IMG/VR virus record: IMGVR_UViG_3300028805_000101 | Span: 8,369-72,368 of that record | From: a virus | Taxonomy: Duplodnaviria; Caudoviricetes | Direction: 5' to 3' (one strand) | Length of the DNA stretch: 64,000 bases | Shown: piece by piece, positions 8,647-19,944 of the stretch | Position numbering within the stretch: the stretch's first letter is position 1 | How the letters are laid out: each line of letters opens with the position of its first letter | Position numbers and translations under genes: made by a program | The notes under the pieces: generated by a model | Databases searched by the model: none | Seen by the model: only the letters and a program-made list of their open reading frames with translations | What the model was told of the DNA's origin: nothing

Positions 8647-9113
8647 TACAGATCCTTTGGATTTATGGCGATGGCATTATGGTCTAGATTATAGTCTGTA
8701 TCAGTGGTATCATCAATCAAAACACATTTTTCTGTATCAGTCATACGAGGCTTAGCATGAATTATCTGAAGAAAAGAAGTGGTCTTATCTATACAGTATT
8801 CACTGGTCATCATACCAGGAATCATTGCCTTATTAAAATCATCCACTAATCCTAGTCGCATAGCAATAGAAACTGAATTTTCTTTTACCATCACACTAAC
8901 TCGTTTTGAGTTAGGAACACCAAGCTTATCAAAGATATTGTTTGCAATATCATAGTCAATTTCTTTTACTTCCGTCCAACCCCAAGTATATAATACCACC
9001 TTGGCATTGTTGTCAGCAATATATCTACTGATTTTCTCACAATTTTCTTCCATCCAATTGCAAGTGACCAGATCATCTATCACTGTATTTTCAATATCTA
9101 AGAATATAACCAT
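8646..9113 (-). CDS. HAD-superfamily-like protein
   Basis: N-terminal IFLDIENT (DxE variant of motif I) and C-terminal LIDD motif IV. Confidence 0.55.
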   Translation of the reverse strand: MVIFLDIENTVIDDLVTCNWMEENCEKISRYIADNNAKVVLYTWGWTEVKEIDYDIANNIFDKLGVPNSKRVSVMVKENSVSIAMRLGLVDDFNKAMIPGMMTSEYCIDKTTSFLQIIHAKPRMTDTEKCVLIDDTTDTDYNLDHNAIAINPKDL

Positions 9114-9130
9114 ATTATTTCCTCAATACA

Positions 9131-9195
9131 AATATAGAAAAATGACTGACATAAGTCAATCATTTCTTTTGGTTGTGTGTAAATATTATTTTACA
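9131..9195 (-). promoter_or_regulatory. Early promoter TTGACT-17-TATATT fused to a terminator hairpin, with perfect TGTAAA-N6-TTTACA box
   Basis: -10 9131-9136, -35 9154-9159, palindrome 9178-9195. Confidence 0.8.
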
Positions 9196-9669
9196 TTAGA
9201 AATCCCAGTTATCAAGTATTCTGATTTGACTATTCTTTATTTGTTTAATCATTCTATCAGCCTTTTGCTTGTCAATGATTTCGTCAATATCACATTCACG
9301 GATATTAAATGCATTGTCTTCAGAACTACTGATATATGCGGAAGTCCAATCACTCGTTAAATGCTTAATCTGTTGCCATTCATCATTGTACTTAATATGG
9401 ACTACTTTTGCATTTGCTTTGAAAAATCCTTCACCTCTATACTTAATATCCAAGATATGAACAATCTTAATATCATTTGGATTCTTTATGGTGTTAGTCA
9501 TACTAACTGTTCTACCATAGAAGACTAGATATTTGCCACGATACTTTTCTTCTAGGATTTCTTTTTGTTCTATTTGTTTGGCTTCTCGTATTTCTTCCAA
9601 TCTCTTATCAGCCATATCACGAATTTGCTTCAATTCAGTTTCGTCTGTAATTGTAGTTAAATCTATCAT
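9196..9669 (-). CDS. Hypothetical protein
   Basis: Start at MIDLTT after GAGG SD; ends NWDF (possible DF-tail variant). Confidence 0.7.
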   Translation of the reverse strand: MIDLTTITDETELKQIRDMADKRLEEIREAKQIEQKEILEEKYRGKYLVFYGRTVSMTNTIKNPNDIKIVHILDIKYRGEGFFKANAKVVHIKYNDEWQQIKHLTSDWTSAYISSSEDNAFNIRECDIDEIIDKQKADRMIKQIKNSQIRILDNWDF

Positions 9670-9686
9670 ATTAGTCCTCAAGTTAA

Positions 9687-9715
9687 AATATAATCAAAGT
9701 TTCTTTTGTTGTCAA
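9687..9715 (-). promoter_or_regulatory. Early promoter TTGACA-17-TATATT
   Basis: -10 9687-9692, -35 9710-9715. Confidence 0.75.
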
Positions 9716-9881
9716 TCAAAATAGAACAATGAAACAAATTATAGCAATTAGTAAGATACCCAATGAAAGCATTCCTTCAATAAAACATTGTCTTTCCCAA
9801 CGTTTCAGATCTTCTTGATATTCTGCTTTTGATTTTGGGTCATTAAGATTATATGGAGCATGTCTCCATTCAGGTACTTGT

Positions 9882-10277
9882 TTAGCCATTTGGTCTCCTC
9901 CAAATCATTTGATTTTCTTCTTGTTCAACAAAGCCAAGTTTTTCATAGAATAACCTACTTTCCGGCAAAGTGCTTAATGTAATTTCATCATAGTCTTCTT
10001 TAAACTTATTTAATAGTCTTCTACCATTATTGTTCAATCTAAGTTTCTTATGGACTTCCAAAGAGAATATATGAATTTTCTTATTGTCAATTTCACGATA
10101 TATTACTATTGCCGTTGTATAAGGAATTTCTTGATCTTTAAATTCTCTAACAACAATCATCCAAGACGAAAGTTCATAATGATTCTTTGAACACATATCT
10201 GTAGTCAATGGATAATTTTCTTTATCCAATTGTTCAAAGAATTCTTTCGTGTACTGTTTTTCCTCATACCATCTCAT
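9882..10277 (-). CDS. GNAT-family acetyltransferase
   Basis: IFSLEVHKKLRLNNNGRRLL and RLFYEKLGF motifs. Confidence 0.75.
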   Translation of the reverse strand: MRWYEEKQYTKEFFEQLDKENYPLTTDMCSKNHYELSSWMIVVREFKDQEIPYTTAIVIYREIDNKKIHIFSLEVHKKLRLNNNGRRLLNKFKEDYDEITLSTLPESRLFYEKLGFVEQEENQMIWRRPNG

Positions 10278-10618
10278 TCAAAATCCTTTTTAAACTTATA
10301 TTTGTTCCATTCAACATTTGCTTCTTTAACTATTTTCTGTACATGGCTCAGTTTTTCTTCCATTTCTTTTTCTGTCATTATTTCATCAGTATCACCTATT
10401 TCAATTCTATCTGGTATCAGTGATATAGTATTGCATATATTAACTTCTTCTTCATCTTTCAACAAATATATAAAACTATATTCATTACCAGTCGCTTGTA
10501 ATCTAAGATATCCAGCTAAATGATAACCATAAGCACTTACCCATGCACAAGGTTCTTTTTTAACATAAAAACCATATTTTTCTACAATAGATTTAAATCT
10601 TTCATCAGATATTTTCAT
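10274..10618 (-). CDS. DF-tail family small protein
   Basis: Starts MKISDERFKSIVEKYGF; ends NKYKFKKDFE. Confidence 0.8.
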   Translation of the reverse strand: MKISDERFKSIVEKYGFYVKKEPCAWVSAYGYHLAGYLRLQATGNEYSFIYLLKDEEEVNICNTISLIPDRIEIGDTDEIMTEKEMEEKLSHVQKIVKEANVEWNKYKFKKDFE

Positions 10619-10619
10619 A

Positions 10620-10931
10620 CTAATCTACAGAATACCAAATGTCTATATGGTGCAATTTCAATTCTATTTCTTCTTTTTTAACCTTCTCAGTCAACATATC
10701 TATTTCTTTCAGTGATACATTTCTAAATTTTATATCTTTTAAAACCTTATCCAAATTATTGTATATTGTGACTTCTCTAAAAGTTATGAAATCCCAAAAG
10801 AAAGATTGTGTTTTAACCTGAATCCAAAAATTAACATTGACTTCAAATTGGTGTTCGTTACAAGAAACTACTTTTATTGGCTTTACTGAATTGACAACAT
10901 TCTTAACTTTATATTTGTAAAATGGTTTCAT
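10620..10931 (-). CDS. Hypothetical protein (possible DF-tail variant)
   Basis: Ends KVKKEEIELKLHHIDIWYSVD. Confidence 0.65.
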   Translation of the reverse strand: MKPFYKYKVKNVVNSVKPIKVVSCNEHQFEVNVNFWIQVKTQSFFWDFITFREVTIYNNLDKVLKDIKFRNVSLKEIDMLTEKVKKEEIELKLHHIDIWYSVD

Positions 10932-10932
10932 A

Positions 10933-11055
10933 TCATAAAATGAAGAATATGATAAACAACATTAAAAATACAGCCGGTGATATTGAACCATTGGCGGCCA
11001 ATATACCAAGAATTATTAGCAACAAACAGCCATAGCTTTTTCTATCAACATTCAT
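10933..11055 (-). CDS. 40-aa membrane peptide (not in ORF track)
   Basis: MNVDRKSYGCLLLIILGILAANGSISPAVFLMLFIIFFIL, directly after a promoter. Confidence 0.55.
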   Translation of the reverse strand: MNVDRKSYGCLLLIILGILAANGSISPAVFLMLFIIFFIL

Positions 11056-11062
11056 ATTTAAA

Positions 11063-11091
11063 AATATAATTTAAATGTTAAAGTTTGTCAA
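11063..11091 (-). promoter_or_regulatory. Early promoter TTGACA-17-TATATT
   Basis: -10 11063-11068, -35 11086-11091. Confidence 0.75.
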
Positions 11092-11098
11092 ATAAAAA

Positions 11099-11122
11099 GA
11101 GGTGGTATATTTCAACCACCTC
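11099..11122 (-). terminator. Intrinsic terminator with TGAAATAT loop
   Basis: GAGGTGGT-TGAAATAT-ACCACCTC followed by a T-tract. Confidence 0.8.
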
Positions 11123-11148
11123 AAATTTCGTTCACACTACACTACCAA

Positions 11149-11973
11149 TTAAAGGTAGAGAAGATCTTCCTTCATATCATTAATCTTCTTAATGATTTCG
11201 TTAATGTACTTGCCATCCATGATATTCAGGTTGTAGTCAAACTTGTCCTGAATACCCTTCGGGAAGTGCTTAATGATTGTTGCCTTGCGGTCAGCCATAG
11301 AGTATGCAGCGACAACCTTGCCACCCTTGGTAATGTAGCGGAAGGACTTCCAATCATAGAACGGAATGGTCGGATCAAATTCTTCAAAAATCTGAGCCAT
11401 CTTGCGGAACACTTCCAGGTGCTTTTCGTCCTTCGTCTTGTAAATGCGGTTCGTCTTCAGATGTTCGGAGGAACCCTTCACATAGACATTGAGCGGAGCA
11501 AGAACCTTCTTGTCCGTGATGACATGGTTATAAAGGTTAAAACCAATGGTCTTGGACTTATCCCAGACCATCTGAATCTTATGCTTCATGAGAAGATTTT
11601 CCTCAACCTTACCCATCTTTTCCACATATTCGGCATTCTTAACCATTCGGTGACTATTCATCACCTTCTTGCTAAGGGAAAGAATATCCTGCATGACCTT
11701 TTCCTTGTTTTCGCGGTAGGCATCAGCACCAACCACATACATAAAATCCTTGGAAGTAGTCACCTTGCCATTCTTATGACCAAGATAACGATACACGCGA
11801 ATGTTCTTCTTTGCATTCTTAATGCAGAAATTGTGCTTGATAAGCCAAGCCTGAAGGTCATTTGCCTCGTCAGTAGAAAGCGGTTCCACACAGGTACGAG
11901 TACGAACCTTCGGTTCAGCAACAGCAGTTTCGGCGACAGTGTTAGTGGTGCTGGTGTTGGTGGTCATAGTCAT
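11149..11973 (-). CDS. Hypothetical basic early protein (monocistronic)
   Basis: 274 aa, own promoter and terminator, visibly higher GC3 than neighbours. Confidence 0.8.
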   Translation of the reverse strand: MTMTTNTSTTNTVAETAVAEPKVRTRTCVEPLSTDEANDLQAWLIKHNFCIKNAKKNIRVYRYLGHKNGKVTTSKDFMYVVGADAYRENKEKVMQDILSLSKKVMNSHRMVKNAEYVEKMGKVEENLLMKHKIQMVWDKSKTIGFNLYNHVITDKKVLAPLNVYVKGSSEHLKTNRIYKTKDEKHLEVFRKMAQIFEEFDPTIPFYDWKSFRYITKGGKVVAAYSMADRKATIIKHFPKGIQDKFDYNLNIMDGKYINEIIKKINDMKEDLLYL

Positions 11974-12030
11974 ATTTTACCTCTTGTTTTAGTTGTTAAT
12001 TGTTTATGAATGCACAATCACATTCAATTT

Positions 12031-12105
12031 CTAAGATAAAATATAGAAACTTAACATATACTTGTCAATAGAACTTATTAAAAAATATGTAAAAAATTAT
12101 TTACA
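12031..12105 (-). promoter_or_regulatory. Early promoter TTGACA-17-TATATT-TTATCTTAG with perfect TGTAAA-N6-TTTACA box
   Basis: -10 12040-12045, -35 12063-12068, palindrome 12088-12105. Confidence 0.85.
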
Positions 12106-12513
12106 GTAATAAGTGTAATAATCATCTATTGTAAGTTCAATTTCTTTTTCTATTTCTGCGACTGACCAAACATGTGCTTCAAATGTTCCATAATAACAAA
12201 TATATCCTGTATATCTACTGTAATCAGTACAATGTCCGTAATCCCAGCCAAATATTATTGAATTTTTTGGCTTAATATCCATAGTTGCAATTTCTGTATT
12301 GCAAAATGTTAGTCCACCATTACAATGATTAAATTCTTGATAATCATCGTATGATATACTTTGATTTTTTAGTTTTAGATGTTCTTTTGGAATTACAATA
12401 TATGCCAACGGACACAATCGTCCTCTAACAATATACCACTGTATATTCCGATATACACCTTGCTTTGCTATGCCAGGTTCATCACCATATAATATTTTAG
12501 TCGGTTCATTCAT
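12097..12513 (-). CDS. Conserved phage hypothetical protein (GGLTF...GWDYGH type)
   Basis: HCNGGLTF and FGWDYGH motifs common in phage proteins. Confidence 0.65.
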   Translation of the reverse strand: MNEPTKILYGDEPGIAKQGVYRNIQWYIVRGRLCPLAYIVIPKEHLKLKNQSISYDDYQEFNHCNGGLTFCNTEIATMDIKPKNSIIFGWDYGHCTDYSRYTGYICYYGTFEAHVWSVAEIEKEIELTIDDYYTYYCK

Positions 12514-12679
12514 TTATAACCTTCTTTATTTCTAAGTCCCAGTAAAATAATACAAGATGTTTATCTTCAACCACTATAATTGTTTGTATTCTAGTCTGTG
12601 GTATATTGTTTTCATTCACAAATCTAGTCAATTCTTCTCTGGTGAAGAAATATTTACTTTTCAGGATCTGTTTTTCCAT
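12506..12679 (-). CDS. Hypothetical protein
   Basis: Start at MEKQIL after AGGAG SD. Confidence 0.65.
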   Translation of the reverse strand: MEKQILKSKYFFTREELTRFVNENNIPQTRIQTIIVVEDKHLVLFYWDLEIKKVINE

Positions 12680-12866
12680 CTTGTTTTCTCCTTTCAATTT
12701 CTGCTTTAAATTCTGGTGTATCACAAATCATTTTTGCTTGACCCAATAGTTGAACTAGATTATTTAGCAATATATCTGCCATTGTCTGTTCTTCTACATT
12801 TTCAGAATTATCTCTTAATATGTTCAATCGTTTAATAGTTGACTGCAATTCATCTAGACTAATCAT
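12654..12866 (-). CDS. Hypothetical protein
   Basis: 70-aa ORF, AAGGAG SD, ATGA overlap. Confidence 0.65.
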   Translation of the reverse strand: MISLDELQSTIKRLNILRDNSENVEEQTMADILLNNLVQLLGQAKMICDTPEFKAEIERRKQDGKTDPEK

Positions 12867-13219
12867 AGTTGCTCCTTAAAGTCTTTTTCAATCTGTTTCT
12901 TTTTATATTTTTGTTTTAGTTCTTTAACTCGCTTGTTAATATAAATCAATTCTTCAATTACATGTTTTTCATCTATTGCTGGTATATGTTTTCCAGTTTC
13001 CCAATCAGGATTTGTACTAACAACATTTCCTTTACTATCCAATTTTAATTTTAATGGAAATATTATTCTATCATGAGCCAGATCATACATTACATCAGCT
13101 TCTACATTACTTGATAAAGTACCTTCATATAAGGTGTAATGTGCTCTAGCATCAGGCATCTGTCTAAGACACGGACAATATTCAGACACCATTTTTTCAA
13201 ATTTTCTAAATTTAATCAT
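12863..13219 (-). CDS. DF-tail family small protein
   Basis: Ends KKKQIEKDFKEQL. Confidence 0.8.
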   Translation of the reverse strand: MIKFRKFEKMVSEYCPCLRQMPDARAHYTLYEGTLSSNVEADVMYDLAHDRIIFPLKLKLDSKGNVVSTNPDWETGKHIPAIDEKHVIEELIYINKRVKELKQKYKKKQIEKDFKEQL

Positions 13220-13541
13220 TTTTAAAATCTTTATCTATGGTTTCTTTCTTATCCATAATATCCATTATCTTAAATACCCTTTGCTGAATATCATCAAATA
13301 TTGTATGAAATGCTTCAGAACTTTGTAAATGTTTTACTTTGATTCCACTCAATACCATTTCACTAAATAAAGCATTTTCAACAAGTTTTTGATACAATGA
13401 TTTATTTAAGTTTACATATTCATTCAAAGACAAATGTTTATGTTTTTCTGGATAATGTAGATAATGCCAGTTCATACACATTATTTTAAACTTTGATTCT
13501 AGATATTTAAACATCGGTGTATCTTCTAAATTCATAGACAT
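13212..13541 (-). CDS. DF-tail family small protein
   Basis: Ends KKETIDKDFKND. Confidence 0.75.
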   Translation of the reverse strand: MSMNLEDTPMFKYLESKFKIMCMNWHYLHYPEKHKHLSLNEYVNLNKSLYQKLVENALFSEMVLSGIKVKHLQSSEAFHTIFDDIQQRVFKIMDIMDKKETIDKDFKND

Positions 13542-14079
13542 AATTCATTACCTTCGGAACATATTGTCTAGTTTGTGTAGGAATACTATCTTGAGACAAA
13601 TAACCATTTAGATATTTCTTATACTTATTGGCTCCACCATTACCACCATTATAACCGGCAGCAATCAGTTCATAACTCCCATATTTTCTTTTTAGATGTG
13701 CCAAATATGCTACTCCAATCTCTATATTTGTTTCAATATCATATAGGTCAATATAATCAATTTCATATTTTTTGGCAATAGATTTAGCAGTCTTTGGCAT
13801 TATCTGCATTAGTCCAATTGCACCACAATATGATTTTGCATATACATTGAAGCGACTTTCAGCCGAAATTACTCCCAATGTGAAATGAAAATCTATATCA
13901 TATTTTTCAGATTCTTGATATACAATGGTGCTTATTTCAAAAGCATCTGTATATTCAATCTTCTTGTTAATATTTTGGATTATTTCGGAACCTTTTGAAA
14001 TCATGTATAGTTCTTCAAAACCATGATGCCCAAAAGATAAACTTATTAAAAATAGAATACTAATTATTATGTTTTTCAT
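13507..14079 (-). CDS. Lytic transglycosylase (SLT domain) with signal peptide
   Basis: VISAESRFN, GAIGLMQIMPKTA, NIEIGVAYL, AAGYNGG. Confidence 0.92.
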   Translation of the reverse strand: MKNIIISILFLISLSFGHHGFEELYMISKGSEIIQNINKKIEYTDAFEISTIVYQESEKYDIDFHFTLGVISAESRFNVYAKSYCGAIGLMQIMPKTAKSIAKKYEIDYIDLYDIETNIEIGVAYLAHLKRKYGSYELIAAGYNGGNGGANKYKKYLNGYLSQDSIPTQTRQYVPKVMNYVYEFRRYTDV

Positions 14080-14099
14080 AGCAGGCAAATATAAAAATT

Positions 14100-14849
14100 T
14101 TATGTATTTATTTCAACATTAAATTTCACACAGTCTGTATATTTTAATTTACCGCCAAATATATCAAGTGCTGAACCAATGGTTAAATCTATCTTACCTT
14201 TTGATATTTCATTCACCAAATATAAGTCAGAAATATCTCTAGCACCGCCTGCATAAGTAGTCTTTATTGGACTATATTCTGATAAGAACTTTATAAGTTC
14301 AATATCCATACCATTCTGTTTTCCTTCTACATCGCAAGCATGTATAAGAAATTCATCGCAGTAATGAGATAGTATGTTCAATAATTCAGGTGTTAGTATG
14401 ATATTGCTTTTATCTTTCCAATATTTCAACAATATATTTCTATCTGAATTACAACTTAAATCTATTACTATATGTTCTTTTCCAATCTTACTTGATATAA
14501 GTATCAAATCACTCAAATCAAATTTACCATTTGGAAATAATAGACTTGTTATGATTACATGACTGGCACCAGCATTTATATATTCTTCAGCATTGTCTAA
14601 TGTAATTCCACCACCAATCTGTAAAGCATTTGGATATGATTCAAGCGCAGCTTTCGCCACGCTCGAATTTTCTCCACCCAACATAATTATATGTCCACCA
14701 GTTAGTCTGTCTTTCTTATATAGATTGGCATACCATACAGGTGATTTATCAGTTTCAAAATTGACCTCGGTCTTGCTAGATAATGTAGAACCAACAATCT
14801 GTTTTACTTTACCATTATGGAGATCTATGCAAGGCCGAAATATAGTCAT
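14100..14849 (-). CDS. hisA: ProFAR isomerase HisA (HIS6-like subtype)
   Basis: FRPCIDLHNGKVKQIVGSTL, LQIGGGI, DVEGKQ.G.D, TYAGG, DLTIGSALDIFGG. Confidence 0.93.
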   Translation of the reverse strand: MTIFRPCIDLHNGKVKQIVGSTLSSKTEVNFETDKSPVWYANLYKKDRLTGGHIIMLGGENSSVAKAALESYPNALQIGGGITLDNAEEYINAGASHVIITSLLFPNGKFDLSDLILISSKIGKEHIVIDLSCNSDRNILLKYWKDKSNIILTPELLNILSHYCDEFLIHACDVEGKQNGMDIELIKFLSEYSPIKTTYAGGARDISDLYLVNEISKGKIDLTIGSALDIFGGKLKYTDCVKFNVEINT

Positions 14850-14850
14850 A

Positions 14851-16533
<1,683 letters not shown>

Positions 16534-16537
16534 TTAA

Positions 16538-16999
16538 TTAGCCATCAATGGTAATCTGTCTAGGTTTTGCTTCTTCTTTCGTTTTAAATCTGATAGTCAG
16601 CAAACCATTGACAAGTGAAGATTTTGGTTCATCAACATTCAATGTAGAAGGCAACCATATACGAGCATCCAAATCAGCAAGATTTTTAATCTTACGAATT
16701 GTATAGACTCGTTTTTCTTCAGCTTTCTTCTGTTCTTCCGATTTTTCAGGAACATTTGACTTGATGTAAAGATATGTCTGACCATTTTCAGTCTTAATGG
16801 TCATATCAATATCTTCCTTCTTCAAACCAACTGCTGCAATCTCAATTACCTGAGTACCATCTTCTTCCTTGTAGATATTCATAGGAATATAGACCTTCTC
16901 GGTAATTCTATTGACAAGATTGTTTGAGGAATTAAATGTAGATTCTAATGCACTAGCAACGGAATCAAAATCAGAAAATAATTGACCATAATTTATCAT
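16538..16999 (-). CDS. Small heat-shock protein (Hsp20/alpha-crystallin)
   Basis: PMNIYKEEDG.VIEIAAVGLKKEDID and SSLVNGLLTIRF. Confidence 0.85.
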   Translation of the reverse strand: MINYGQLFSDFDSVASALESTFNSSNNLVNRITEKVYIPMNIYKEEDGTQVIEIAAVGLKKEDIDMTIKTENGQTYLYIKSNVPEKSEEQKKAEEKRVYTIRKIKNLADLDARIWLPSTLNVDEPKSSLVNGLLTIRFKTKEEAKPRQITIDG

Positions 17000-17161
17000 A
17001 TTATTTTTATCCTGTGTCCTTTAAAAAGTAACACGAACATACCTACGAAAATATAAACTTATTGCCATTCGGTCAATAAGAAGTCGCATACCGTAGAAAT
17101 ATGCGACATTTTTAATTGTTCAGTAATATAATTTTATACTACTGAACAAAATGTTTTTGAC

Positions 17162-17377
17162 TTAGACACCCATTGCTTTAATGAATGTTGCTAAGTCTTC
17201 CAATGCACGAAGATAACCTTGGTTATAAGCAGCATTCAACTGATACTGTGGAGTAGCCTTGTCACCTGTTGGTGCATGCTTCTTGACTTCATCAGTCTTC
17301 TGTGGAATGTATTGCTTAATGGCTCTAAGAGCATTGGAAAGAATATCTTCACCATTTATTGTATCATACTGGTTCAT
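17162..17377 (-). CDS. Hypothetical protein
   Basis: 71-aa ORF, GAGG SD, followed by hairpins. Confidence 0.7.
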   Translation of the reverse strand: MNQYDTINGEDILSNALRAIKQYIPQKTDEVKKHAPTGDKATPQYQLNAAYNQGYLRALEDLATFIKAMGV

Positions 17378-17466
17378 TTTTCACCTCACTTAAATTTGAT
17401 TAAACAAATATAATATTTTCATATTTCTATATGTATATATAATAGTTTTATTTTTAAGTTTAAACT

Positions 17467-18798
17467 TTAATGTTTAAGAAATGCACAATATCCAAGATAT
17501 GCTGCATAAACATCATCTCTATGAGTTATTTCCATTGGAGAATGCATATTCAACACAGGAACACCAGCATCCAATACATTTATGTTAAGTCTACATACGA
17601 TAGAAGCGATAGTTCCGCCACCACCGACATCAACTTTACCCATAGTATCAAACTGATATGGAACCTTTTCTGTATTCAATACATTTCTAATATATGCTAT
17701 ATATTCAGGATTAGCATCAGCTCCACCAGACTTACCTCTACCACCATTGTATTTTGATAGAACAAATCCTTTACCAAGCTTGGATGTTTCTTCAAAATTT
17801 GCTACATCTTCATATTGTGGGTCAAATGCAGCAGTAACATCTGAACTTAACATATTTGTATCATATAAAATAGTTGCAAATTCCAATCTATCATTCACAC
17901 CACTAACAGCATAAAGAACATCTTCCAACCATCTAGATTCAGAACCAGTTGCACATATAGAACCAACTTCTTCTTTATCTATTAGTACACAACCACAAGT
18001 CCTATGTGGTATTTCCTTCATATCCAATAATGCTTGTAATGAAGTATATGCACAGACTCTATCATCCTGACCATAACCTGCGATTAGTGTTTTATCCAAT
18101 CCACACCAGCGAGCATTGCCAGCAGGAACAACTTCTAGTTCAGCAGAACAAAAGTCTTCTTCAACGAATTTGTCAGCATATTTTTCACGAATAATTGAAA
18201 GGATATTCTTCTTAAGTTGTTCATTTTCTTCAGTTGAATTTGGGTCACTACCAATTATCAAATCAAGTTTTTCACCAGATATGAAGTCAGATGCTTTCTT
18301 TTCATCCAATTTTCTATCCAAATGCGGCAATAAGTCAGAAATACAGAATATTGGGTCATTCTGGTCTTCACCAATTTCAATATTCAAAGCAGTTCCATCA
18401 GTGAAACAAATCTTGCCATGAATAGCCAAAGGACGAGTAATCCACTGATATTTCTTAATTCCACCATAGTATTGTGTATCAAAGTATGCTACACCTTGTT
18501 TTTCATATAATGGATTAGTCTTTATATCAAGTCTAGGCGAATCAACATGAGCACCCAATAAGTTTAAACCACTATTTCCAAATTCATTACCAATAATAAA
18601 AGCTGCAAAATTCTTATCCTTATTCACAAAATAAACTTTATCGCCAATTTGTAAAGTTCTATTTTGTGCTTTAATTTCTTTCATGGTTAGAAAACCATTA
18701 AAACGAGCCTTTACAATGGCATCACTAATACATTCTCGTTCAGTCTTATTAGCCGAAATATAGCTGATATAATTTGATCCGAATACTTTTGAATCCAT
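17467..18798 (-). CDS. M18-family aminopeptidase (aspartyl aminopeptidase-like)
   Basis: GAHVDSPRLD, GQDDRVC, DKEEVGS, SSDVTAAFDP, MHSPME; start at MDSKV after GGAG SD. Confidence 0.93.
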   Translation of the reverse strand: MDSKVFGSNYISYISANKTERECISDAIVKARFNGFLTMKEIKAQNRTLQIGDKVYFVNKDKNFAAFIIGNEFGNSGLNLLGAHVDSPRLDIKTNPLYEKQGVAYFDTQYYGGIKKYQWITRPLAIHGKICFTDGTALNIEIGEDQNDPIFCISDLLPHLDRKLDEKKASDFISGEKLDLIIGSDPNSTEENEQLKKNILSIIREKYADKFVEEDFCSAELEVVPAGNARWCGLDKTLIAGYGQDDRVCAYTSLQALLDMKEIPHRTCGCVLIDKEEVGSICATGSESRWLEDVLYAVSGVNDRLEFATILYDTNMLSSDVTAAFDPQYEDVANFEETSKLGKGFVLSKYNGGRGKSGGADANPEYIAYIRNVLNTEKVPYQFDTMGKVDVGGGGTIASIVCRLNINVLDAGVPVLNMHSPMEITHRDDVYAAYLGYCAFLKH

Positions 18799-18837
18799 TT
18801 TTATATTCTCCAATTTGAGATAACAAAAAATAAAAAT

Positions 18838-18859
18838 TGTGGCTGATATTTCAACCACA
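18838..18859 (-). terminator. Intrinsic terminator with GAAATAT loop
   Basis: TGTGGTTG-AAATAT-CAGCCACA followed by a T-tract. Confidence 0.7.
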
Positions 18860-19064
18860 AAATGAAAAATAAAGTTTACAATTATGCTTTACTCAGCATA
18901 AATTGACTCTATGTGAATTGATTTTAAGTTTATGTCTTTGATTTTAGATAGTCTAGCGTGAGCATTTGATATTGCTTCTTTAACATCTTTAGCTTGAACT
19001 AGATGATTCATCTGACAATCATCATTCCATAAAGTGCGATATGTTATACTTAATACATAAGTTT

Positions 19065-19535
19065 TCATATCAAATCCTTAATGGATTTCTTCAGACCATC
19101 AGATAATTCTTCAATTGAATCATAATCATTGTTTGGAAAGTGCATGCCTATGCCGAGAACAACAAAATCACCACTATCAAATAATGGTTTAATCTTACCA
19201 ATCCAAATCACAGATGCCGTATCATTTGAAGTCACGAAAGCATAATCATCTCTAGATGGGTCATCTTTAGTTAATCTTTCTTCTTTCGTAATATTCAATC
19301 CAGAATCTATAATTGCTTGTCTGACTATGGATAATTCTTCATCTGAAAAATTATAAGCATCATCACGAACACAAAGGTCCTGTATTCTACCCAATAGAAG
19401 ATTACAATTCAATTCTTCTTCAGACATTGAATTTACTTTGTCAATGGCATCTTGTAGTTTGTTAGAATCGTATATTTCAGGATGTTCTTTGACTTCCTTC
19501 TTCAAATATACAATAGTTGTTTCGGCTAAAGTCAT
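19065..19535 (-). CDS. Hypothetical protein
   Basis: 156-aa ORF, AGGAG SD. Confidence 0.75.
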   Translation of the reverse strand: MTLAETTIVYLKKEVKEHPEIYDSNKLQDAIDKVNSMSEEELNCNLLLGRIQDLCVRDDAYNFSDEELSIVRQAIIDSGLNITKEERLTKDDPSRDDYAFVTSNDTASVIWIGKIKPLFDSGDFVVLGIGMHFPNNDYDSIEELSDGLKKSIKDLI

Positions 19536-19537
19536 GA

Positions 19538-19930
19538 TTATCTCCTATCATGTGATTTTTCATCAACAGCATAATTGTGGATAATCTGTGTAATATCATT
19601 TACGATAGATACACCACTAGCACCAAGTTCCTTTGCCGTTTCTGTCTTGCTAAACTGGTTTACCAATTCAATTCCAGCAACCATATATACAGCCTTTTCA
19701 GATGGTGTAATTGCTGCTATTGTAGAAAATACAATAACTAAGACAAAACATATAATTCCTGTTCTACGCTGGAATGGTCTATGTGCATCTTTAGTATCAG
19801 AATCAAATGCACATAGCATAAAGACTCCACCAATCACGGCTGCAACGCATGCTAGTAATATAAAAGCCACTCTAATGCCATTACATATACCAGCACCTAG
19901 AACAATCCAACTTAATGTTGAAAGACCCAT
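19538..19930 (-). CDS. Membrane protein (2-3 TM)
   Basis: Hydrophobic segments; AGGAG SD. Confidence 0.75.
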   Translation of the reverse strand: MGLSTLSWIVLGAGICNGIRVAFILLACVAAVIGGVFMLCAFDSDTKDAHRPFQRRTGIICFVLVIVFSTIAAITPSEKAVYMVAGIELVNQFSKTETAKELGASGVSIVNDITQIIHNYAVDEKSHDRR

Positions 19931-19944
19931 TGATTACTCCTTTT

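Noticed and set aside
10933-11055. Apparent third frameshift in a small membrane gene
   Set aside because: Base-by-base recount shows the 40-aa ORF is intact, so it is not evidence of pervasive indel errors.
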